From Pecten maximus (Eukaryota), in assembly GCF_902652985.1 (NCBI RefSeq), contig NC_047020.1, positions 8,928,001 to 8,992,000 of the forward strand: 64,000 nt of DNA, read 5' to 3'. The position numbers and the translations under genes are program-made. This document shows positions 53,124 to 64,000 of the stretch, in pieces. The notes under the pieces are model-generated. The model did no database searches. It was not told the origin of the DNA and worked only from the letters and a program-made list of their open reading frames with translations. Every line of letters begins with the position of its first letter. The stretch's first letter is position 1.

Positions 53124-55166
53124 TTAGCTCACCTGGTCCGAAGGACCAAGGTGAGCTTATGCCATACCGTGGCGTCCGTCGTCCGTCCGTCCGTCAACAA
53201 TTGACTTCTTCTTCATAACCACTGATCAGAATTTGACCAAATTTGGTCAGAAGAATCCCTATGGGTAGGGGACTCAAAATTGTACAAATGATGGGGCTGA
53301 CCCCCCCAGGGGCCTGAGGGGCGGGGCCAAAAGGGGTCAATTTGGCTATATTGATATAAACGACTTCTTCTCTGAAACCGAGCAAAGGATATTGCTCCTA
53401 TTTGTCTGGAAGCATCACTATGGAGTGGGGACTCAAAATTGTACAAATGGTGGTGCTGACCCCCTAGGGGCCTGAGGGGCGAGGCAAAAATGGGTCAATA
53501 TAGCTATATTGATGATACCGACTTCTTCTCTGAAACCGAGCAATGGATACCGCTCATATTTGCCTGGTAGCATAACTTTGGGGTGGGGATTCAAAATTGT
53601 ACAAATGATGGGGCTGACCCCCAGGGGCCGGAAGGGCGGGGCCAAATGTGGTCATTTGGGCTATATTTATAAAAACAACTTCTTCTCTGAAACCGAACAA
53701 ACGATATTGCTCATATTTGCCTGGTAGCAACACTATGGGTCGGGGATTCAAAATTGTACAAATGCTGGGGCTGACCCCCAGGGGCCGGAAGGGCGGGGCC
53801 AAATGTGGTCATTTGGGCTATATTTATAAAAACAACTCTTCTCTGAAACCGAACAAACGATATTGCTCATATTTGCCTGGTAGCAACACTATGGGGTGGG
53901 GATTCAAAATTGTACAAATGGTGTGGCTGACCCCTGGGGGGCCTGAGGGTCGGGGCCAAGAGGGATCAATTTGGCTAAATTGAGATGAACAACTTCTCAT
54001 CTGAAACTAAGCAATATATATTGCTCAATTTTGACTGTGAGAATCCCTTTGGGGTAGGGTTTCAAAATTGTACAAATGATGGGGTCTACCTCCCTGGGGG
54101 CTGTGGGGCGGGACCAAAAGGGGTCAATTTGGCTAAATTGATATTAACAACTTCTTCTCTGAAACTAAGCAATGGATATCACTCATATTTGCCTGGTAGC
54201 AACCCCCTAGAGTAGGGATTCAAAATTGTACAAATGACAGGACTGACCCCCAAGGGGCCTGAGGGGCGGCGTCAAAAGGGGTCAATTTGGCTGTATTGAT
54301 ATAAGCGACTTCTTCTCTGAAACTGAGCAAAGGATATTGCTCCTATTTGCCTGGAAGCAATCACTATGGGGTGGGGATTCAAAGTTGTACAAATGGTGGT
54401 TCTGACCCCCTAGGGGCCTGAGAGGCGAGGCAAAAATAGGTCAATATAGCTATATTGATATTAACGACTTCTTCTCTGAAACTAAGCAATGGATATCACT
54501 CATATTTGCCTGGTATCAACCCCCTAGGGTAGGGATTCAAAATTGTACAAATGACAGGGCTGACCCCAGGGGACCTAAGAGGCGGGGCCAAAAGGGGTTA
54601 TTTTGGCAAAATTGATATAAACAACTTTTTCTCTGAAAATAAGCAATGGATATCTTTAATATGTGACTGGTAGCATTCACTTTGGTTAAGGATTCAAAAT
54701 TGTACAAATGATGGGGCCGACCTCCTGGAGGCTGAGGGGCTGGGTCAAAAGGGGTCAATTTGGCTAAATTGATATGAACAACTTCTCTGAAACAGCTATT
54801 AGCATCCTATTAGGGTAGGGATTCAAAATTGTATAAAGGAAGGAGCTGACCCCCAGGGGGCAGAGGGCAGGGTCAAAAGGGGCCAATTGGTCTAAACAAG
54901 ATCTTCTCTGAAACTAAGCAATGGATATCACTCACATTTGTGTTTCAGCATCCCTATGGGGTCGCGCCAAAAGTCAATTTCATTTCATGGATTAATATAC
55001 CTTTTGGCATTTTAAGTATTGAAATAAAACCAATGTACATGTACCCATATAAAATGCTTATGATATATATTGACATAGCAATACCAGCGACAAATATGCT
55101 TAAGCATCATTCTTGTTTCATATCTCATGAAACCAGGTGAGCGATACAGGCCCTCTGGGCCTCTTG
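53124..55166 (+). mobile_element. Non-autonomous Helentron (HINE/DINE-1-like) element, long copy with about 11 internal ~158-bp tandem repeats
   Basis: 5' ttagctcacctggtccgaaggaccaaggtgagct hairpin/subTIR, (GTCC)n tract, tcaaaattgtacaaatg units at about 53274, 53433, 53591, 53748 and onward, 3' ccaggtgagc plus stem-loop aggccctctgggcct-cttgt, and no TSD. Confidence 0.9.
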
Positions 55167-55582
55167 TAGATATTATTGTCTCCCTGGTAGAGATTATTGT
55201 CTATCTTGTAGATATTATTGTCTGGTAGAGATTATTGTCTCCCTGGTAGAGATTATTGTCTCCCTGGTAGAGATTATTGTCTATATTGTAGAGATTATTG
55301 TCTCCCTAGTAGAGATTATTGTCTCCCTGGTAGAGATTACTGTCTCCCTGAAGGGATTACTGTCTTCCTGGTAGATATAATTGTCTCCCTGGTAGATATT
55401 ACTGTCTCCCTGGTAGAGATTACTGTCTCCCTGAAGGAATTACTGTCTTCCTGGTAGAGATTACTGTCTCCCTGAAGGAATTACTGTCTTCCTGGTAGAT
55501 ATAATTGTCTCTGTAGTAGAGATTATTGTTTCCCTGGTAGAGATTATTGTCTCCCTGGTAGAGATTACTGTCTCCCTGGTAG
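55167..55582. repeat. 21-bp minisatellite (one further copy left of the HINE at 53103-53123)
   Basis: Unit tagagattattgtctccctgg. Confidence 0.93.
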
Positions 55583-55689
55583 TATAACAGTTTTTAATTA
55601 TGTCCCCCAAATGATGAGCAAAATATCAAATCAGTTGCATAAGTCTGCCAATTCATCCTGGAGAAAACCATTGATCATCCAAAAAGAAA

Positions 55690-56090
55690 ACCATGTAGTC
55701 ATCTCAGGAGGCCAGAAATCCCTACATGGTCATCCCCAGAGGCCAGAAATCCACATGAGGTCGTCCCAGAAGGCCAGAAAAAGTCCCCATGTTGTCATTC
55801 CAGGAGGCCATGAATTCCCCTATGATCGTCCCAGGAGGCCAGAAATCCCCATGAGGTTGTCCCAGAAGGCCAGAAACCCCCATGTGGTCGTCCCAGGAGG
55901 CCAGAAATCCCCATGTGGTCGTCACAGGAGGCAAGAAATCCCCATGTGGTCGTCGGAGGAGGCCAGATATCCCAACATGTGGTCGTCCCAGGAGGCAAGA
56001 AATCCCCATGTGGTCGTCGGAGGAGGCCAGATATCCCAACATGTGGTCGTCCCAGGAGGGCAGAAATCCTCACGTGGTTGTCCCAGGATG
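55690..56090. repeat. ~31-bp degenerate minisatellite
   Basis: Unit ccccatgtggtcgtcccaggaggccagaaat. Confidence 0.9.
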
Positions 56091-56759
56091 TTTGAGAGTT
56101 GTCTAACAATAGAATATGTCTAAGTGTCTGTTTAGAATTCTGGAATAGTCAGTGTATCTGCTGCTGGAGTAGAAGGGTCTTACATATCGTTCTAAAAATG
56201 CAAAGAGGAATTCATACATGGTCTTTTTACCATATTTGTGTAAAACCTGTATCACGATCCTGTAAAATCAGTGATCCTAAACTGATGTATGACTCAATAA
56301 CATCAAGACCTGTGTAAATGCTATCAGGAAAACGATGTATTTCTAACTGAAAATATTGATGAATTCTCTGATAGACATCCAGAATGTTGTATCCGAGGCC
56401 GTGAACTCCATATTGACCAGCTGGTGGTCAATATTGTCTATTTGAGGTCAGGTGTGAATTGTTTTGAGCCAATATCTGCAGACTGAGGAAATATCAAATC
56501 CTATCAGAGTGAACATCCCATCAATAATCAAAATTTGTAATAATAATAATAATAATAGACAAATCGGTCCGAATACAACAGTGAGTCAAATGTTTTGTTT
56601 GGTTATGATTTTTTCTCTTTTTTTCTCTTAGTAAATTAAAACATGGATGATTTGAGCACTGTTGAAAAAGCTGAAAAAGATGTATCTGTTGTGGAAAGCG
56701 ACCACTTTACTGAAGACACCTACATTTGTATAGATTGTCACAAATGTACACATAAACAA

Positions 56760-57312
56760 CCTGTGTAGGATGACCACCTTTCTATGTAAGACATGTCTAC
56801 CTGTGTATAATGATCACCAAGACATTTCTACCAGTGAATAGTTACCACCTTTCTATATAAGATATGTGTACCTGAGTATAGTGACCACCTTTCTATATAA
56901 GACATATCTACCTAAAAGACATACACATACAGTGGTGTATCTACCTGAGTATAGTGACCATCTTTCTATATAAGACATGTCTACCTGAGTATAGTGACCA
57001 CCTTTCTATTTAAGACATGTCTACCTGAGTATAGTGACCACCTTTCTATATAAGACATGTCTACCTGAGTATAGTGACCACCTTTCTATTTAAGACATGT
57101 CTACCTGAGTATAGTGACCACCTTTCTATTTAAGACATACACCCGTGTATGACCACCTTTCTATATTAGACATACACCTGTGTATGATGACCACCTTTCT
57201 ATTATATATCTGATTATCTACCTGTGTATAATGACCTTTCTATAAAGACATTTTTACTTGTGTACAGTGGCAACCTTTATATATAAGATATCTACCTCTG
57301 TATAGTGACCAC
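56760..57312. repeat. ~40-bp degenerate minisatellite
   Basis: Unit ctacctgagtatagtgaccacctttctatataagacatgt. Confidence 0.88.
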
Positions 57313-60300
57313 ATAGCAATAGTGTCATAACTGTGTAATAGATTCAACCTAATGATAAAGGCCTTTTTCATTTAGGGAACTCTGGTGATAACTTAATTCC
57401 TGCATTTTTTTTTTAAAGTTTGCCTTTTTATAAACATAGTGTACACATGTTTCTTTGTAAAAAGAGTTCTTGCTACTATCTTGTTATCAGTACCACACAG
57501 ATTTTAAACTAGACAGATATAGATCAGTAGTTGACAGGGTATGGATTTAGTGCGAGATGATTAATATTGTGACTTGGGGAAATCTCAAGTTAAAGAAATT
57601 ACAGTGCTGTAGAAGTTTGTACTTCCTCAAACTCACGTTTTGTAAAGTGAAGTCTACGGCTCTGTAATTATCCAATTTTCTAACTGTACCTGTAGCCATG
57701 AAATAAGAGAAACTTTTCAATTGAATTTTCTTGCTGTATCATATTTCACCAATAGCTACATTGCTATGGAGGTTCTCATCAGAGTTGACAAATTATAGGT
57801 AAAGGACCTACAAATATGGTCATTACTCACCCATAAACCCCTCACTGTCCTGTCTGATAACTTGACCAGTCACTCCTGTCTTTTAACATTTGTTATTTTA
57901 GGCAAATAAAAATTATTGTTCATTCATTTGGAAGTCATCTGCTTTATGATGTGTAATGAACATGCATTGTATGGGGTCGTTCCTAACTTTATCTCAGACA
58001 GGGGCAGACTTTGATCTTTCTATCCCAAACTGTCAGTTAAATTGTTAGTTGTATTTTGACAGAACTACCTAGCGTAGCGTGAAACCATCCCCAAGAGATG
58101 TTCCGGTGACTAAAAGTCCTCTGGCCAGAGGCGGGACCCCTTAATTACAGTACCCGACCTTGAGGCAGTGACTTGTGAACACTGCTGAGATCCTCAATGT
58201 TTCACTTTCCAAAACACTGCAAGACGTCCTTCTCCCTGTATTGTTGCTGAAGAGATGACCAAAATGTGTGTTTTGGGGCCGACTAAAGATGTTTGAATAC
58301 TAAGGGGTGTAACAACTTAACCAGTTCAGGTCTGGACATTGTTACTAGGCTGCTGGGAGGGAAAGTCACTTTATTTTAAAATGTGACCCAGTAATCAATC
58401 AATTCTAATGTTGTTGTTGACCCAGAACTGTTGTATATGACCAACAGCTGTTTCTTACTGGACTTGTGACAGCATTCTGATTACAGTGTTTTATCTGTAG
58501 CTAGGAGTTTGGCAGATTCTCAAATTATATGACTAGTGAAGCTTAGGAGACATTCAGTAAGCAGTGTTTCAAATATATATTTTTTAGATAGTTTTTTGTG
58601 TTTTTGTTTGTTTTTTTATCCTTTGGAAAAATATGAAGTTAACATTGCAAAAATGTTTGAAAAATTTCAAACAAGAATTTGATTGATGAGAAAAAAATAT
58701 GAAAAAAAATACTCAACAATTTCATGAAATTTCAATGAAAAGAACAATTTTTCCATGAGATGCCACACATGCTCCTTGGAAACAAACCCAGGTTATAGGT
58801 GGCAGTTTGATGAAATAAAATATATATTACACGGGTCTGTTTATAAATCAAGAAGTAGTCTGAGTTAACTTTGAAAGATTTCCTTCTAGAATGTTTAATT
58901 AATGCAAATGAGGCATGAATTTACATAATCCAATGTTCTACATTAATTGTACAGATTACTAGGTGTGGGCTAGGATGTTTGGGAAGATAATTAAATGTTT
59001 GAATTCAAAATCAGTTCTACCCAATACCACAGCATTGTTAATCTCTATCATCATGTCTGATTTTTCCATCAATTCACTTGTATATAAACACAGTAATTAT
59101 AAGGAAGGGAAGAGTTTTATTTCACTGATGCCAGTCTTATAAATTGTGGCCTTGTCTAAGGGGATATTTAACATTGATTTACATTCACTAAATTTTAAGT
59201 GAGCTAGAAGATTTACATTTACTGCCAAAAAACTAAGGAAAAATTCCTGTTGTTGTAAATTAATGTAATTCTGTAATTAGTCGCCCTTTTCTGCAAGTAA
59301 GAGCTATCAATCTTATATGGAAATCTTTGAAATTGTGAGAAAGTCCTCAGATATAACACCCAGTGTTGTAATTGAATAGCTTATCCTTAATTAACCTAAA
59401 AAATCTAAGTCTCACAAAAATAGAATGACAACTGTCCAACGAACAACTGTAACTCTAGCTATGAGAACTTCTCTAGCCATCGATTGAGAGTACGACTAGA
59501 ACCTTGGAAACTTGAAAGTTCTTACCCGGAGGGGGAGTATGTTACTGGTAAATGTAAAGTGTCTTGCCCAATCTGAAACCCTCCCGAGTGAGGATCCGTT
59601 ACATATACATTGGACAATCACCTGAGATTTTGTCTGATGCTCTACTGACGGAGCTGTCTCTGTCCCACTACAAATATACTGCTGTCATTTAATTTAGTTC
59701 AACATCAAACATCATTAGTGCATTGTAAGCAGGTAGATGTGAATGGTAGAATAATTCTTTAATGAAAATGATATGAATATGTGTAATAGTAAAATAGTTC
59801 TTTTATAAAAAACTGACTTATTATTTTATTTACAAAGAGAACAAAATGTCAGGAGCAATCTTTTAGAAAAAGGTAGAGTACTTACCATAATGGGGAAATA
59901 TTCTCTCACCAGGTCTTACAATCGCTGCCTTTCATTGAAATATCATCATATTTCATGCTGGCATAAACTAATTGAATAGAAAATTCACTGTCGAAAAAAA
60001 AAAAAAAAATGAAGTACTTTTACCATGAGATGATAGCAATATTATGCATTTTCACTTAAAACATATATTTTTCATTTGTAGTTTAAAAAGATGTCATTTC
60101 ATTTATCATATTTTAGAGAATCTTTGTGTGGCTTGAAGTTGTGTGGGGTAAAAATGTCCAGTAACTTAGAAATGATGAGGGGACGACAGGATGAGAGATG
60201 GACACTGATGAGGATACATTAATTTCACCTTTGGTAAGTTTAAGATTAATATCTTTTTACCATGCTCCATAAAATTCTTTTCATTCTTCAATTTTTTAAA

Positions 60301-62832
60301 GAAAACTTGAAACAAATTTTGGTACAGCTGAAAAGTAACTTTCTAAAGGTGGTCCTTGGCATGTGGGTGATAATTTATGTAAAACTGGGGGACGGCATGT
60401 GAATTAAGGGAGACAAGGAATCTCGTCCCAGGGTAGATCTGATTTAATGTCGGATAGATGTACCATCCAGTCAGGATCCTGTCAGTTGTAGGAAGTATAG
60501 TTAGCTTGCTTCAATAGAATAATATGGACACTGTGTTATAATTCAAAATTACATCCGTCAGGAAATCAGAGAATACTGTAGCTGGTGTAACGATACCAAA
60601 CCAGGTGATTTAATTGTATTAAATTACTTCAGCAGATATCTGAAGTACCATGATGAAAAATCCATTTTAATCTATATCTAATTTTGGTTAGTGTTCACTT
60701 TGGAAAACTGACTAGATGTAGTATTGTGTAGTTAGTTTGCCTTTAAGAACATATCTTTTTTATCAGCCTACAGTAACATTTTGTTGTACACTTTTTATAC
60801 TGGAATCTTTATTGTATTTTTACATCCTTTTATTACAGATCTTTGTTGTTAAAAGTATGCACTAAAACACATTCTCTTCACAAATGTAAGTAAATGTAGA
60901 TTTATTTCAATTTACTTCTTTCCTGTTAAAATTAGAATAATATTGTTCAATTTCTGTGACATCAACCCAAAACTCGATTAATACACTAACAGTATGATTA
61001 ATGTTTGATTTGATTGATCCACATACGGTATAATAATGATATTTTAGTTGAGTGTTGGGGAAATAAACTTGTGTAAACCTATTAACCTTGGATGGTATAT
61101 GTTTTGATTATAATATATTTATTTTTCGATGGAAAAGTGCAAACCCACCATTCAATACTTAGTAAATAAGCCAGTCACAATAAGGAATTTTTTCTATTTT
61201 TAAACTAATTTTAATACACCTACATGTTCATTTACAGGTGACAGATAGGTGGACTAGTATTAATTTATAAATAATGACGACCATTAGTTTTCATGTTAAC
61301 TATTGATAAACAACCATACCATGCCCATTAAGGAAATATCATCAATATTTTTCAGAATAATACATGTTGACATTGTCATCGTTCCATGGCAGACTTCAAA
61401 GCCATCCTCAGGAAGTTGCGGCCATTGGTGGTTGGAGTATTGAGCTGTGTCTGACGACTATTAATACCAAGACTCCGCTGGAACAATCACCTGTATGTTA
61501 ATGGATCCAGTTCTGTATATATCAAATTCTCAGAAGTTTAATGATCAACATTTGATTTATCATTTTATTTCATGTTCGAAAAAAAAACAAAATAGATAAT
61601 GAATTGTGGTAAAATCAGGGTGATAATTAACTGCATTAAATTTGTCTATTATATATTTTGTTAGATAATTAGTTAAACTTATCCTTGGATAAACATGAAT
61701 TCATCTCATGTTAATTATTATATGATTTTTTCATCTATTGTCTATGTATTTAATTTTTCAACAAATCAAATGATGAAGATTGTTTTGTGATAATCTCAAA
61801 ATTACCTTTCATCCTCAGTATATGTCTTTTAATGTTCAAAGGTAAAAAAGAATTACGAGAAAAAGACATATGCTCGTTTGATAAATGTATATGGTAATAC
61901 GGTACTCTAAACACAGATCTAAAGATTCTAAATGGGTGATTATTTGTATCTAAGGGGTTACAGGAATACCTTTAAATGGTGATCATAGAGATTCACCCTT
62001 TGTTGTGGCTGTGACAGAAACCATTCTAGACAGCATTTACACAATCCCATAAATTCTGTCTTCATTTGTTCCATACGAATCAAACAGGCTTTTTTCTTGC
62101 TTTTTAGCATTTTAGGAAAGGGAAGACTTTGTCATTGACTTGTGTGGAAGGCAAATAGCCCCATACATCTTGTAGAGATAAAACATCGACCTCGTGTCAC
62201 TATTCGATCACCATCGGATACTGAACCCAGTAAGTTGGAACCATTGTCAAAACTGCAGGTATATGACCATCTTAGACAATGGGAGGAAATTGATGAAAGA
62301 TTAAATCTCCTGCTATCTCACGAATGAATTAATTTGCACTGAAAGATTCTGAAAAAAGATAGCTTGAGGTCAAGATCTTTTAATAGTCACTTGATACGAT
62401 TACATGAGCGCTTGGCTGGTCACTATAAGATGATTGGACCCATTCACGGCACTAGGCATTGCCATGGAAGCAACCTTGATATGGGATATCACCTTCACAG
62501 ATATTGCTAAGATCTGTATCATCCGGACATTTGTATGTTTGTCCACGGGTGCTCTCTGGTATTGTCTTGTATAGGGTTTGAACTCCATATTCTGTAAGAT
62601 GGTAGCTTACACAGATTTGATGAGTAAAGGATCATGTGGGCATGAACTCTGATTCATGTTCAACTTTCCGAGTCCGATCTGTATCATAAGGTCTCTTCGT
62701 ACATGTTTTTTGTTTGCATTGCATGCAGTTTGAAATGCAATTGGCCCGGGATCTTTAACTCACCGATAAACTGAAAGCTACTCCAGGAAATCAGATCTAT
62801 TGACAAACATGGATTTGATTGTTATAACTAAT

Positions 62833-62945
62833 CACAGGTGCCTGTCAGACTCCTTTTTATAAAACAATAACATATAAGAGTACATATAAATGAGATCATG
62901 TACTCTTATATTTTATTATTTTATAAAACGAGTCGGGTACCTGTG
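62833..62945. mobile_element. 113-bp palindromic MITE with 7-bp TSD
   Basis: cacaggtgcc..gactccttttataaaa..atataagagtacat / atgtactcttatat..ttttataaaacgagtc..ggtacctgtg; flanks aactaat at 62826-62832 and 62946-62952. Confidence 0.78.
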
Positions 62946-64000
62946 AACTAATTAACAGGAGCATCATTACTGAACCAGTATGTAGAAGTAGGTTGATGAT
63001 GTGAACGTGTCTCAGCCTCATTACTAAATATATATCGCATAGTAACAAAAATGATGAAGGGAGACAGTTTTATGATTCATGCCCTGACCGGGCCTCCAAC
63101 TCCTAATCTATGGCACCTAATCATATAGCCAAAAGTACCCGCAACTTATACCACTGCTAAATATATATGTTCATCAGATAGGTATATTCCTTTTGAATCT
63201 TTAAAGTATTCTTAAAAATAAATTTTAATTGTTAGAAAATAAATGAAGTAGAATTTCTTTCATTTCTCAACTATGGAAACAAATTTTAGGAGTCGGCATG
63301 CTGATAAAATGTTTTACAGAAATTTTCAGCGGGTATACTTGTTAAAATCCTTGGTAGTATAGCAGACTGTGCAGGCTATGTTAGCAGGTAAAGCTAAGAT
63401 TTCATCACACCACAATGTTCTCAACACTATATACTCATCTCCAACAGGTTTACAGAGACCATTGTCTGGCCTAGCTACACCCAGGTGGCCCAATGAACAG
63501 TTATCAAAGATTACAGGTAAAAAGTCAAGGTATGTTAATTACAAATACGATCACTCGACCTTGGTGACCGCAAGTAGATAGACTACAGAGTCAATGGTTC
63601 CCTGTGTTAAGTTAGATATAAACAATCTTGGTGAATGAAAACAATAAAAGAAGAAATCTGACACACAAAAGCATGAACATCAAACAGTTTACGGCCAGTT
63701 TTATCACCACACAATGTGCTAAACACTGATCGGAGTAAAGGTATAAAGAGTCGGCCAACAAGGGAGGGAACTCCTGTGTTATATGGCTGTGAGGTAACTA
63801 TACTGTAGGTGTAACTGTCTGTCACACCTTGCCCAATTTCTGGCCAGTGTATAGCACGACCCTGAGGACTGCTCTGCTTTGAAGTCACAATCAATCTTAA
63901 CACCTCTTTGTATTGTATTTATAATCAAAAGGAAAATAAAATTGAATTGCCTTGCAGCTGTAATAAATAATTTGATAATTATATCAACTTTGTGTTGAAA

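Noticed and set aside
51964-56123. ORFs of 60-200 aa over the 28-bp, 158-bp, 21-bp and 31-bp repeats
   Set aside because: Repeat or HINE-derived; no transposase, Rep/helicase or other domain motifs.
62390-62720. Minus-strand coding-like stretch (…YGVQTLYKTIPESTRGQTYKCPDDTDLSNICEGD…)
   Set aside because: Bounded by stops within about 60 codons, with no recognisable homology or convincing splice sites.

Overview
AT-rich, intron-containing animal genomic DNA; the repeat families suggest a bivalve mollusc (inference). Three protein-coding genes can be reconstructed by hand from GT-AG splice sites with consistent phases. (1) A 19-exon minus-strand gene (21148->3728, about 1263 codons) for an uncharacterised protein: acidic/basic N-terminus, SOCS-box-like motif, TPR-like helical middle and beta-rich C-terminus. 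It is intact except for one in-frame TAA inside the SOCS/BC box. (2) A minus-strand F-box/LRR gene with a single coding exon (35085->33640), whose likely N-terminal extension (ATG 35182) is out of frame by 1 nt just before the F-box. (3) A clean 6-exon MITD1 (40598->46026, 250 aa), head-to-head with the F-box gene. The rest is about 20 unrelated minisatellites, several non-autonomous Helentron (HINE)-like elements, and TIR elements/MITEs with recognisable target-site duplications. The most unusual signals are the paired lesions at the cullin-adaptor motifs of two neighbouring genes (recoding, null allele or assembly error) and four independent minisatellites whose monomer is the exon 3' end plus the splice donor. 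Most long ORFs in the supplied track are repeat artefacts.
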